Below, in pieces: positions 10,347 through 20,139 of a stretch of 32,000 bases of DNA. The stretch covers positions 79,550-111,549 of the forward strand of contig ACYB01000029.1 of assembly GCA_000175855.1 (NCBI GenBank), written 5' to 3'. The translations under genes were made by a program, and so were the position numbers. The notes under the pieces are model-generated. The model was not told where the DNA came from. It was given only the letters and a program-made list of their open reading frames with translations, and did no database searches. The stretch comes from Raphidiopsis brookii D9 (GTDB lineage: Bacteria; Cyanobacteriota; Cyanobacteriia; Cyanobacteriales; Nostocaceae). How positions within the stretch are numbered: position 1 is the first letter of the stretch; every line of letters begins with the position of its first letter.

Positions 10347-11804
10347 ATGCCTGGATCCAATTCTGTTGTTCGCCGTTATACACCCCCCACTTGTACGTTA
10401 GAAATCCTAGCAGAAAGCTCACCCTTATCTCGTTGGATGGGTCAAACTGTGGTGGGTGAGCTACGTTTTCAATTGCATTTTGATGATCCAACGTTACCAG
10501 AAGATTTGAGAATACCTATTGAGGGTAATCGGGAACAGTTGGAGGTTTTATGTAATGCTGTAAGCAGCTACGTACAGCAACTTTTGCAAGATTCATCCGA
10601 TAGGTTTGGTGTGATTTTTCGGGAATCCACACCCTCGGAATCGGAGGATCTTGGTTCTAGTGGGTCTCCAGCTTCCCCTCTATATTATAGAGATAATACG
10701 GGAGTTTTAGAGGCGACTATTTATCTAGAATTCCAGGAGAATCTAACTCATAAACTATACCTAGGTTCCCTAGCTACCCAAAGATCTGGTCCGGTGATTG
10801 AACTGAGTCTATTACAGTTGTTTGATTTATCTAGTGCTTTGGATGAGTATTCTGCTGATATAATTGCATTACCAACTGGAGCTGAAAGGTTCATAACTTC
10901 CAAGTTACCCACATGGGCTCCTGTAGCAGCAGTGTTAACGTTGGCTTTGGGTCTAACCCCCCTCACCTGGCAATATGCTAATAATATGCGCTCGGTGCGA
11001 GTAGTTGAGCAACAAAAACCTCAAGAACCTATCCCAACCGGGGTACCTAATATTGGGGAACCCACTGTGAACCCGGATAACCCTGATGCTGGTGTGAAGT
11101 CACCTGATTTAGCTGACCTACCGTCTCCCAATTTTAATTTACCCAGTCCCAACCAGGAAAATTTGGATGTTCCCAGATCGGGCACAGTCCCCCCCACTGC
11201 AACCCCTGGTACACTAAGTAAAAATACCCCAAACACACCCACCTTAAAAACACCTCAAATTGCAGGAGATCCTATTCTTAATAGTCCTAATAGCACCCAG
11301 GTTCCCTCTAAAATATTGGGATATCCTACAAATCCAGGGATACAAGGTACACAAGGTATAAAACCTAGTCTTAACATACCTGCGGGAGATGTCAAGAGGT
11401 TACCGGATAGTTTACCTAATCCCAATCCTTCCCCACCACAGACACAACCAACACTACCATTAGATACAGGAACCGCAAAACAAGACCTAACCATCATAGC
11501 TAGTGAGGAAAACAAATCTTACGATACACCCCAAGTAGCAGAAGCAGGGGAGTATCTACAAGGTAAATGGCGTCCACCCGCAGATTTTACTCAAACTCTA
11601 GAATATAGTATCACCCTGGAGGTTAATGGGACAATTCAGCGCATTTTACCTTTAAATAAAGCTGCTAGAGAATACATTGACAACACAGGTATCCCAGAAA
11701 TTGGTAAACCCTTTGTTTCTAGTAATAAAGCAGGAAAAACTCTCAGAATTAGAGTTGTTTACAGTCCCGATGGCAAAGTCAAAACCTTCACAGAAACCCC
11801 ATAA
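10347..11804 (+). CDS. DUF4335-type cyanobacterial protein with Pro/Asn/Thr-rich central region
   Basis: MPGSNSVVRRYTPPTCTLEILAESSPLSRWMGQ N-terminus, a hydrophobic segment (WAPVAAVLTLALGLTPLTW), then a low-complexity linker and a conserved C-terminal part. Confidence 0.7.
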   Translation: MPGSNSVVRRYTPPTCTLEILAESSPLSRWMGQTVVGELRFQLHFDDPTLPEDLRIPIEGNREQLEVLCNAVSSYVQQLLQDSSDRFGVIFRESTPSESEDLGSSGSPASPLYYRDNTGVLEATIYLEFQENLTHKLYLGSLATQRSGPVIELSLLQLFDLSSALDEYSADIIALPTGAERFITSKLPTWAPVAAVLTLALGLTPLTWQYANNMRSVRVVEQQKPQEPIPTGVPNIGEPTVNPDNPDAGVKSPDLADLPSPNFNLPSPNQENLDVPRSGTVPPTATPGTLSKNTPNTPTLKTPQIAGDPILNSPNSTQVPSKILGYPTNPGIQGTQGIKPSLNIPAGDVKRLPDSLPNPNPSPPQTQPTLPLDTGTAKQDLTIIASEENKSYDTPQVAEAGEYLQGKWRPPADFTQTLEYSITLEVNGTIQRILPLNKAAREYIDNTGIPEIGKPFVSSNKAGKTLRIRVVYSPDGKVKTFTETP

Positions 11805-11815
11805 GACTATAATTC

Positions 11816-13825
11816 CTACTTTCTCATCTCCTCCATGGCCCCCCTGGCCATAGCTGCGATCGCTCTATCAGTTGCTTTCGGTAGTTGATAATATTTGCCT
11901 CCCGCTGTTTTCGCTAGTTCTTTGGCAAAACCAGTTGAAACAAATTTACTTTCTGTATCTATTACCAGTAACTGCATCCCAGAAGCTCTAATCCTCCCTG
12001 CAATATCTAGCAGCTCTCCTTTAATATCTGGTTTTTCTCCTGGTTCCGGGGACTCCCCTAGAGACCTGGAGAGTGGTATATTACCTCTACCGTCAGTAAT
12101 TGCCACTATCACCACTTGTCCAATGTCTCCTCCCATTTGGGCGTTGACACCTACTCTGACCGCTTGGGTTAATCCATGGGCCAAGGGGGAACCACCTCCA
12201 CAAGGTAATTTTTCCAACCGGTTTTTCGCTAAAGCAATAGACCGGGTAGGAGGTAATAACACTTCCGCTTGTTCTCCTCTAAAGGGAATTAGAGCAATTT
12301 GATCTCGGTTTTGATAGGATTCAGTTAAAAGTTGCATTACTGCTCCCTTAGCTGATTGCATTCTATTTAAAGCCATTGAACCAGACGCATCAACAACAAA
12401 TACTACTAGGGCACCAGCTTTTCTCACTAACCGTTTTGTTCGCATATCCCCCTGTTCTACTATCACCCTTTTCCCTGGCTGTCGTAAACGACGCGCCTTT
12501 TGATAGGGAGCAGCAGCTCTTAAAGTGGCATCAACGGCAATGCGTTTAACTTTGCCCTTGGGTAACATAGGTTTGATATAACGTCCCCTGTCTTCTGAAA
12601 GTATCAGACTGCGACTACCCGATTTTCCTTGTCTTTGAGCCATCTGAGTGAAATATAGTACCTCTGGATCGAGAATTACTCCCTCCGGGTCAAAGATAAA
12701 TTCTTCAGGAATGTCTGGGGGTTCTTGTTGCTCTTCAGATTGTTCTTCTTCTTCCTCTTGTTCCTCCTCCTGTTGTTGTTCTGGGGAATCCTCTTGGGTT
12801 GGAGGTGGTGGGGGTGGTTGGTCTGGTGGTGGGGTTTGAATAACTGTGGTTCTGGGAACTATGACTAGTTCTACAGCACGTCGTAAATCTTCTGCAGTAA
12901 CTTGACTACGCCCATCTAAAGCCGCTGCTGCTTTAGCAACTCTAACTGCAAACAATTCTGCACGATGCCCTTCTACACCAGCCCGAATAGCCTCGTTCAC
13001 TAAATAGGTGATCTGCTCTTGGGAAATAGTTACTTCTTTTAACCATTCTCTAGCCAATAATATTTGAGTTTTGAGGGAGTCAATATCCTCACTGTATTGG
13101 CGGATAAATTCTTGGGGAGATGTGGAATAGGCGATCGCCTGCTCTACTGCTTGTACTCTTTGATCTAAACCCAGGACTCCGTCTGCGGAAAGAGCAATAG
13201 CAATTCTATCGAGTAAATGTTCTCGCAAAGTACCTTCTTCCGGGTTATAGGTAGCAATAAACAGGGGTTTACAGGGGTGTTGAAAACTTATTCCCTCCCG
13301 TTCAATTTGGTTACGTCCATCGGACAATACCGCCAAAAGTTGATTACTAATTTGGTCATCTAACAAATTAATTTCATCCACATATAGCACACCGCGATTG
13401 GCGATCGCCAGCAGTCCTGGTTGAAATACAGTTTTACCTTGTTTAACTGATTGCTCCACATCCACCGAACCTAGTAATCGATCTTCTGTTACCCCCAAAG
13501 GTATTTGCACAAAAGGGACAGGAATAATTTCTGTTTCCAGTTCTAATGTTTGTGCTAATAACTGATCATCCCAGGTTTCTGGTTGGTCTGGAGAACAATT
13601 GCTCAAAGAGTCTTTAATAATTTCTATAGGTGGTAGCAGAGCATGAATAGCACGCGCCATAACAGATTTAGCCGTACCACGACGACCAGCAATAACCACA
13701 CCCCCTAAACCAGGATCTACTGCTGCTAAAAGCAGGGCTGTTTTAATTGCTTCTTGACCAACTACAGCATTGAGAGGAAAAGCTGTAACTTTTGGGGTGA
13801 TTGATGTGATTGCGGGCACTGACAT
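11816..13825 (-). CDS. chlD: Magnesium chelatase ATPase subunit D
   Basis: AAA+ N-terminal domain ([40 protein letters not shown]), Pro/Gln/Glu-rich linker, and C-terminal VWA domain ([21 protein letters not shown]). Confidence 0.95.
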   Translation of the reverse strand: MSVPAITSITPKVTAFPLNAVVGQEAIKTALLLAAVDPGLGGVVIAGRRGTAKSVMARAIHALLPPIEIIKDSLSNCSPDQPETWDDQLLAQTLELETEIIPVPFVQIPLGVTEDRLLGSVDVEQSVKQGKTVFQPGLLAIANRGVLYVDEINLLDDQISNQLLAVLSDGRNQIEREGISFQHPCKPLFIATYNPEEGTLREHLLDRIAIALSADGVLGLDQRVQAVEQAIAYSTSPQEFIRQYSEDIDSLKTQILLAREWLKEVTISQEQITYLVNEAIRAGVEGHRAELFAVRVAKAAAALDGRSQVTAEDLRRAVELVIVPRTTVIQTPPPDQPPPPPPTQEDSPEQQQEEEQEEEEEQSEEQQEPPDIPEEFIFDPEGVILDPEVLYFTQMAQRQGKSGSRSLILSEDRGRYIKPMLPKGKVKRIAVDATLRAAAPYQKARRLRQPGKRVIVEQGDMRTKRLVRKAGALVVFVVDASGSMALNRMQSAKGAVMQLLTESYQNRDQIALIPFRGEQAEVLLPPTRSIALAKNRLEKLPCGGGSPLAHGLTQAVRVGVNAQMGGDIGQVVIVAITDGRGNIPLSRSLGESPEPGEKPDIKGELLDIAGRIRASGMQLLVIDTESKFVSTGFAKELAKTAGGKYYQLPKATDRAIAAMARGAMEEMRK

Positions 13826-13991
13826 TGTCTGTTTAGTGGTTATGATGTTTTTTAGGATAGCATTTTCTGGTCCAGGATTGTTGGTTAGGATAGTCGATAG
13901 CCATTTTAATCTCAGTCACCGTTATTTCGCACAGTTTAAAATTCTTACGAATGGTCAATCTGGGAATATAATTAACTACATAGATAAAAAA

Positions 13992-14675
13992 ATGCATAAA
14001 CTTCTGATATTTGAGGATGAGAAGCTACTTCGTCAAGCTTTAACCCATCGTTCCTATGCCAATGAAAACCCAAGTGAGGGAGATCACAACGAGAGATTGG
14101 AATTCCTGGGGGATGCCATTCTTAATTTTATTAGTGGAGAGTATCTCTATTCTCGTTATCCACAAAAAGGTGAAGATGAACTGACTCGTCGACGCTCTGC
14201 ACTAGTGGAAGAAAAACAGCTGGCCAAGTTTGCCCTGGAAGTTGGTTTAAATGTGAAAATGCGCCTGGGCAAAGGTACTATTCAAGATGGTGGTTATCAA
14301 AATCCTAATCTTCTTAGTAGTACATTTGAAGCTATTATTGGAGCCTACTATTTAGACAACAATTGTAATATAGAAGCAGTTAAACTTGCAGTTGAACCTC
14401 TGTTTGATTTTGTGTCACAACACACTATTGAATCCCGTTATAATGTGGATTCTAAAAATCGCTTTCAAGAATGGGTACAAAAAAAATTATGTGCAAATCC
14501 CCCTAAATATAAAACTCAACAAATAGGCGGATCCCCCCATTTACCAGAATTTTTCTCCCGAGTTCTAGTAGATGGTAAAGAGTTTGGTCAAGGTAACGGT
14601 AAAAATAAAAAGGACGCAGAAAAAGCCGCAGCAGAAGATGCGATCGCTCGTTTACAAAGAGAAGGTTTGTTTTAA
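13992..14675 (+). CDS. rnc: Ribonuclease III
   Basis: NERLEFLGDAILNFISGEYLY signature and C-terminal dsRBD (NRFQEWVQKKL...GKNKKDAEKAAAEDAI). The supplied ORF extends upstream to 13770; ATG 13992 (MHKLLIFEDEKLLRQALTHRSYANE) is a more plausible start. Confidence 0.93.
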   Translation: MHKLLIFEDEKLLRQALTHRSYANENPSEGDHNERLEFLGDAILNFISGEYLYSRYPQKGEDELTRRRSALVEEKQLAKFALEVGLNVKMRLGKGTIQDGGYQNPNLLSSTFEAIIGAYYLDNNCNIEAVKLAVEPLFDFVSQHTIESRYNVDSKNRFQEWVQKKLCANPPKYKTQQIGGSPHLPEFFSRVLVDGKEFGQGNGKNKKDAEKAAAEDAIARLQREGLF

Positions 14676-14935
14676 TTAATTGTAAAGTTTCCTGAACTTC
14701 TTGTCTTGTCACGTAAAACTAAATTTGTTAAATAAAACACAATATTAATATCCGTATTTATCCCCTTGACTTTATCTGCACTTCATGGAAAAATTTCATT
14801 GTTGTTAAGTAGGTAGCAAGCTGCTTGCTGAAAAAGTAATTCCTGATGTCTTTGACCAAGGAATGAAGGGCTTGCCGTTTAGCCCTGTAGCGGTTGACCC
14901 GCTACGTACTCACAAATTTATACAATTTGTTTGAG

Positions 14936-15068
14936 CGGTAGCCTAATTCAAATTCATGAAAACTGAGTTTGAAGCGGAGGAACCATGTATTTGGGGCAAA
15001 TCTTAATTGAGAGACACCTTCCAGTCTTAGCCCGTCAGCTAACTCCGTCGGCAATGGAAGGAACCTCC
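14936..15068 (+). ncRNA. c-di-AMP (ydaO/yuaA) riboswitch aptamer
   Basis: GCGGAGGAACC...TTTGGGGCAAATCTTAATTGAGAGACACCTTCC...CCCGTCAGCTAACTCCGTCGGCAATGGAAGGAACC follows the conserved order and sequence of the ydaO aptamer (GGAGGAACC / UUGGGG..AAUCU / ACCUUC / CCCG.CAGCUAACUCCG..GGCAAU..AAGGA). The 5' side GCCTAATTC matches the P1-proximal segment. Confidence 0.93.
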
Positions 15069-15213
15069 AAAATGTAGGCTGTTATACTACTTACTCTTGG
15101 GGTTTCCTTAGTCAATTTGTAGTTTTTTAGGTGCTTTTTGATGACTTGCTACTGTGGTATCTGTCATTTGGTGTTAATCTGAACATTACTCGAATTTTGA
15201 GCATTGGTTTTGT

Positions 15214-15243
15214 GTTAATCTGGTGTTAACCTAGTGTTTACAT
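15214..15243 (+). promoter_or_regulatory. Putative Pho box (three tandem 8-mers with 3-nt spacers)
   Basis: GTTAATCT-GGT-GTTAACCT-AGT-GTTTACAT: three 8-mers at an 11-bp period, close to the cyanobacterial Pho-box consensus (YTTAAYYT-like), followed by TATATA around 15246-15251. Confidence 0.55.
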
Positions 15244-15361
15244 GGTATATACCAGTCAGTTTTTGATATCCAGCATATAGTATCATATAGCACCTAAGAT
15301 CTCAAATTATTATCCCTGCTTCTCATTCAGACTTTACTTTTTAGGGAGAGAAGTTAAATCC

Positions 15362-15994
15362 GTGAAAATTAAGCCATTACTAGCACGATTAGAGAGTGCT
15401 ATTGGTCGGCCCGACCTCATTGATCAGATGGTGTTAATACCAAGCAACAAAGAGTGCCATAGTGATAAGTGTTCACCCATTAAACCCATCAAATTAATTG
15501 TGGGTTATGATGGATCTCCTAATAGCCATACAGCATTAGATATTGCCTTTTGTATGGCGCATCAAACGCACTTAGCATCAAAGACAGAAGTTAAGGTTCA
15601 AGCTGTTTACGTATTAGAGGATCAGATAGTTAGTTATTCCGGTCATAGTTATTCTAATTATTCATCAAAATCGCCCGAAAAGTCCCTGGAATTGGAAAGT
15701 ATAGACTCAAACCTACCCGAATTGGAAACCACATTTAAAACCATGGTGTTAGCGCAATCAAGACCAGAAAAAGCGGATAAAATTTTGTGGCAAGCCAGGA
15801 ATTTAGCTGCGGAATGGCAGAGTTATTTTAAATCTCATTTACGATTTGGCAATTTGTGTACAGAACTACAAAAAGTTGTGGAATTAGAAGCTGCTGACGC
15901 CCTACTCTTAGGTTGTCAATCCATCAATCATCCTTTAATTGAAAGATTAGATGCTGATTGTCCTGTATTGGGTATTCCTAAATGTCTTGATTAG
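15362..15994 (+). CDS. Universal stress protein-like protein (GTG start)
   Basis: KLIVGYDGSPNSHTALDIAFCMA...KVQAVYVLED...LEAADALLLGCQS...LDADCPVLGIPK is a USP-like fold signature. The SD-like GGAGAG lies just upstream. Confidence 0.65.
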   Translation: MKIKPLLARLESAIGRPDLIDQMVLIPSNKECHSDKCSPIKPIKLIVGYDGSPNSHTALDIAFCMAHQTHLASKTEVKVQAVYVLEDQIVSYSGHSYSNYSSKSPEKSLELESIDSNLPELETTFKTMVLAQSRPEKADKILWQARNLAAEWQSYFKSHLRFGNLCTELQKVVELEAADALLLGCQSINHPLIERLDADCPVLGIPKCLD

Positions 15995-16052
15995 GGAAGA
16001 AATGGGGATATTAATATAACTCAATAACTAATCAAACAATCGGGGAATCACC

Positions 16053-17390
16053 ATGGAAAGTTGGCAAGCTATTGTAAGTGCGACCACATTTGTTGGGGTC
16101 ATTTTTGTAATCATGGTCGAGTGGATTGACCTAACCGTAGCAGCTTTGCTAGGAGCGTTGCTACTGGTATTTACTAATATTCTAACCTTGCCAGAAGCAG
16201 TTGGTTATATTGGTAAAAGCCATAGTACACTGGGCTTATTTTTTGGTGTGATGGTGTTGGTCAGATCCTTTGAACCAACTAATATTTTTAGTTATATAGC
16301 TACACAAATAGTGATTATAGCCCAAGGTAGTGGCAAAAAGTTGCTATTGGGTATAGTGGCACTAGTTACCCCTATTTGTGCGGTTTTACCCAATGCTACC
16401 ACAGTAATGTTATTAGCTCCATTAATTCCACCCATGGCGGAGGAAATAGGTGTAAATTTTGTCCCCTTACTAATTCTAATGGTTTTTGTAGCTAATAGCT
16501 CCGGATTATTAACTTTAGTGGGAGATCCAGCAACATTTATTGTAGGTGATGCAGTCAATATCAGCTTCCTAGATTATTTGACAAAGTTGAGTTTGGGGGG
16601 TGCCATTGCGGTAATTACTGTAGTAGTAACCTTACCCATTTTATTCAGAAAAATTTGGCATACCAATCTGGATAACTTAACCCAATTACCTCACCCTCAA
16701 ATCAATCATCCACGGGTTTTAATTTTGGGTGGGGCGATCGCCGCTTTTGTGTTAATATTCTTCGTTATTGGTGATTATTTACCGATACCTGTATCTCCTG
16801 CTGCAGTAGCTTTGTTAGGCGCTGCTTTGGCTTTATTACTAGCCCATAAAACCCGTATTGATTCAGTTCACAACATTCTTCGAGATGTGGATTGGGGTAC
16901 TTTAATCTTTTTTATGAGTATTTTTGTTTTGATAGGGAGTTTGGATAAAACTGGTGTAATTAGCAGTCTTTCGGGATTGTTAAGTATTATTCTAGGCAAA
17001 AATATTTTACTTGGCTCTATAGTCTTGTTATTCACCGTAGGTGCATTATCTAGTGTTATCCCCAATATTCCCTTAGTGGTAGCAATGGTACCCCTGTTGA
17101 AACAATATGTTGTCAATGTGGGACTAGCACCAGCAGCAGTTTTAGCTCCCGATTTTGCAGGAAAATTTCCCCCAGAGGTTTTGCCTTTGTTTTATGCTAT
17201 GATGTTCGGTGCAACCCTGGGTGGAAATGGGACCCTTGTGGGAGCGTCATCTAATATTGTTGCTGCTGGTATTGCAGAGCAGCATGGCAAAAGAATTTCC
17301 TTTAAGACTTTTTTACATTATGGGATTCCCATCACCCTATTGCAACTTATTACTGCTGCTTTATACGTCCTGTTTAGATTTTTATTGTAA
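16053..17390 (+). CDS. SLC13/ArsB-NhaD superfamily (ion transporter) membrane protein
   Basis: Multiple TM segments and two repeat halves: PNATTVMLLAPLIPPMAEEIG, VANSSGLLTLVGDPATFIVGDAV, VIPNIPLVVAMVPLL and GATLGGNGTLVGASSNIVAAGIAEQ are typical of this superfamily. Confidence 0.85.
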   Translation: MESWQAIVSATTFVGVIFVIMVEWIDLTVAALLGALLLVFTNILTLPEAVGYIGKSHSTLGLFFGVMVLVRSFEPTNIFSYIATQIVIIAQGSGKKLLLGIVALVTPICAVLPNATTVMLLAPLIPPMAEEIGVNFVPLLILMVFVANSSGLLTLVGDPATFIVGDAVNISFLDYLTKLSLGGAIAVITVVVTLPILFRKIWHTNLDNLTQLPHPQINHPRVLILGGAIAAFVLIFFVIGDYLPIPVSPAAVALLGAALALLLAHKTRIDSVHNILRDVDWGTLIFFMSIFVLIGSLDKTGVISSLSGLLSIILGKNILLGSIVLLFTVGALSSVIPNIPLVVAMVPLLKQYVVNVGLAPAAVLAPDFAGKFPPEVLPLFYAMMFGATLGGNGTLVGASSNIVAAGIAEQHGKRISFKTFLHYGIPITLLQLITAALYVLFRFLL

Positions 17391-17877
17391 GTTAGTTACA
17401 CCTTGAAACACTCAAGATCCACTTTGCGAGGTCCGAAAAAAATCCTTACGACCCTTTCAACAAACTCAAAAAGTGGTACATTTTGCAACTAAAATTAGTT
17501 GCGGTTTTGAGGAGAATCTTTCATATAAGTATGGTTTAGCTATTGATTAGAAAAGCAGTCAAAATTTTACATAAATTAACTAGTTATCCACTTGCCAACT
17601 AGTGCCAACTATTGCTAAGCTGGAAGCATACTTCTTTCTTAACCTAATACCGAGAACCAAGGTTGTGTTGAGGAAGTTTAAAACCCTCAAATCTAGGTTT
17701 ACTGTTTTACCAGTATATCCAGGATTTGAGTCGTGCGTGAGGAATTTATCTTCGTATCTTCGTGCATTGGTTGATACAAGTTGGTTAAGAGAAAACCTTA
17801 ACGTATTTATTTGTTGACGTTAGTTAGCAAAAAAGTATTGGAAGCAACATTTATGATTTTATTTTACTACATAATCT

Positions 17878-18936
17878 ATGTTCAGCGAAAAAGAGTTGTC
17901 TAACGAGCTAAAACTAGAACAAAAAAGTTTGGATTCAGTAGGTAAATTGCCTAGAGTAACGGCACTAGTATCACTGTTTACCGCCTTAGTGGCACTATCT
18001 TTTGCTGCTATTTTTATTAGATTGAGTGAATTAGAAATCGGTTCTAATGCTACCATATTTAACCGTCTATGGATTGCCACTCTATTTTTTGGCTTGTGGA
18101 ATAGCATTAAACAAATACAAGCGAAAGACCCAAAAAATTTAAGTTCCTCGGCATTTAAATTGAATACAAGACATTTCAGCTTTTTTAATTATACTGCTCC
18201 TCAAGTTACCATACGTTACAATTTACCTACTCAGCAGGAGCTAGGACTATTAATTTTAATGGGTGTCGCTTCATCTATATCCATTATTTTATGGTCATGG
18301 TCACTAACACAAACTAGTGTGGCTAACTCTACAGTGCTACGAAATCTAACTCCAGTTTTTACTACTTTATGGGGATGGTTATTACTAAAACAATCTTTTG
18401 ATCTTCAATTTTTAGCAGGAATGGCGATCGCTTTTATGGGAGTAGTTACTATTGGTATTAGTGGTTTCTCCGTCTCTATTGACCAGATCATAGGTGATGG
18501 AGCAGCCTTACTGGCTGCAATGTTATATAGTATTTACCTTTTGACTATTGAACAACTCCGAGCCAGATTTTCCACTGCTACTATTTTGCTGTGGCGCTGT
18601 ACCATAGGAACAGTCATTACCTTACCCATTGCATTATTAACAGATCCACAAATTTTTCCCACTAGCTTGTCAGGTTGGGTGGCAGTAATTTCCTTAGCAC
18701 TAATTTGTCAAGTTTTAGGGCAAGGTTTACTAGCACAGTCTCTCAATCAACTCTCTTCTGGTTTTGTAGCCACAACTCTTCTACTTGAACCAGTCATTAG
18801 TGCATTTATAGCCTGGTTAATTTTTTTTGAGAAGTTAACTTTTTTAAACTGGATAGCATTTTGTGTTGTTTTATCCGGAGTATATTTAGCAAAACCACGT
18901 CAACTTGTAGCCACAAACTCAGAAAAAGATGATTAA
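17878..18936 (+). CDS. EamA/DMT family transporter
   Basis: ~10 TM helices in two halves (ALVALSFAAIFIRLSEL...ATIFNRLWIATLFFG; VLRNLTPVFTTLWGWLLLKQSF...AFMGVVTIGISG; TTLLLEPVISAFIAWLIFFEKLTFLNWIAFCVVLSGVYLA). Confidence 0.9.
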   Translation: MFSEKELSNELKLEQKSLDSVGKLPRVTALVSLFTALVALSFAAIFIRLSELEIGSNATIFNRLWIATLFFGLWNSIKQIQAKDPKNLSSSAFKLNTRHFSFFNYTAPQVTIRYNLPTQQELGLLILMGVASSISIILWSWSLTQTSVANSTVLRNLTPVFTTLWGWLLLKQSFDLQFLAGMAIAFMGVVTIGISGFSVSIDQIIGDGAALLAAMLYSIYLLTIEQLRARFSTATILLWRCTIGTVITLPIALLTDPQIFPTSLSGWVAVISLALICQVLGQGLLAQSLNQLSSGFVATTLLLEPVISAFIAWLIFFEKLTFLNWIAFCVVLSGVYLAKPRQLVATNSEKDD

Positions 18937-20104
18937 TTATCTACCCACAAATATAAATCCTGATTGGGATTCTAGTTTTCTCCAACATAGTCTGAAGTGT
19001 CTGTTTAAGAAACTGCGTATTGTCGTAATTCACGGGGGTGATAGCAACAAAGAAGGCTCAGTTATTTATAAAACTCACAATCCACGCTCCAGAAAAACCT
19101 ATGAACAAGTAGCCCAAGATATTGCTAAGGCACTCATGACAATTGGATTTGATCATGTTTTTGTCATGGCAGATGATATGACTCTCCCTCAAAGGCTCAA
19201 ACAGGAAAATATTCACCTTGCCTGGCTCAATACTGGCGGTGTTCAAGGATATAACTCAGTTTGTCACACTCCGGCTTTATTAGAAATGCTCGGAATTCCC
19301 TATGTAGGTCATAATCCCTTGAACAGTTCCATACTTGATCAAAAACATATTTTCAAACGAGAACTTCAGACATGGGGGATAAATACTGCTCCTTTCGTGA
19401 CTTGGCATCCAGCTCAAGGATTATTTGACCATCATCGGAGTGAGAATTTTGCGATAACTTTCCCTAACTACAAGGGACCGTTTGTTGTTAAACCTGTATC
19501 TGGTCGTGCTTCATTAAATATACATTTTGCTAAAAATATTGAGGATTTATCCGCAGCAGTGGCGAATATCCACCATACTACTCACAGTACTGCTTTAATT
19601 GAAACTTATTTTCCAGGTCGGGAATTCTGCGTTTCTGTATGTGGTTACGTTATCCATATTAATAAAACCTTTTATAAGAAAACCCAACCATTTGCTTTCT
19701 CCACAATTGAGCGGATTTTAGAGCCTGGGGAACATATCTTTACATCAATGGACAAGAAGCCTATTACTACTGAACGAATTCACTTGCTTGATGATCACGA
19801 ATCGGAATTAAAGCAAAATTTAATTGAAATAGCTCAAAAACTATATCAGAGTTTTCATTTAAATACTTTAGTCAGAGTTGATTTGAGGAGTGATGAAAAC
19901 GGTATCCTTCATGTGTTAGAAGCAAATCCGAAACCAGACCTCAAACGGCCTAATAATATTGCCACTAGTTTAGTAGCTGAAGGACTACATGAACAGAGAA
20001 TGAATTACGAAGATTTAATTTTAAGTTTATTGAGCGATCGCCTAGACTATTTACTCACTTACCATCAGCAAATTATTCAACACATTATTGAGATGATTGA
20101 TTAA
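18929..20104 (+). CDS. D-alanine--D-alanine ligase-like ATP-grasp protein (non-canonical)
   Basis: RIVVIHGGDSNKEGSV, PYVGHNPLNSSILDQKHIFKRELQTWGI, FVVKPVSGRASLNI, LIETYFPGREFCVSV, TLVRVDLRSDENGILHVLEANPKPDL. Start overlaps the EamA stop by 8 nt. Confidence 0.8.
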   Translation: MINYLPTNINPDWDSSFLQHSLKCLFKKLRIVVIHGGDSNKEGSVIYKTHNPRSRKTYEQVAQDIAKALMTIGFDHVFVMADDMTLPQRLKQENIHLAWLNTGGVQGYNSVCHTPALLEMLGIPYVGHNPLNSSILDQKHIFKRELQTWGINTAPFVTWHPAQGLFDHHRSENFAITFPNYKGPFVVKPVSGRASLNIHFAKNIEDLSAAVANIHHTTHSTALIETYFPGREFCVSVCGYVIHINKTFYKKTQPFAFSTIERILEPGEHIFTSMDKKPITTERIHLLDDHESELKQNLIEIAQKLYQSFHLNTLVRVDLRSDENGILHVLEANPKPDLKRPNNIATSLVAEGLHEQRMNYEDLILSLLSDRLDYLLTYHQQIIQHIIEMID

Positions 20105-20139
20105 ACTACAAGTCTAAAACTTTAAGTAAGTGAGGTTGA

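Noticed and set aside
12630-12850. Highly repetitive CCT/CTT-rich DNA in chlD and Ser/Gly-rich antisense ORF (12648..12839)
   Set aside because: It encodes the Pro/Gln/Glu-rich linker expected between the AAA+ and VWA domains of ChlD. The antisense ORF is a by-product of codon composition.
14926-15068. Initially considered an IS200/IS605 right end with omega-RNA-like structure
   Set aside because: No TnpB C-terminus upstream, and the conserved blocks match the ydaO riboswitch specifically.
17391-17877. Possible gene or degraded transposase in the gap (ORF 17602..17817, 71 aa)
   Set aside because: No recognisable domain, transposase motif or terminal repeats. Left as unassigned intergenic sequence.
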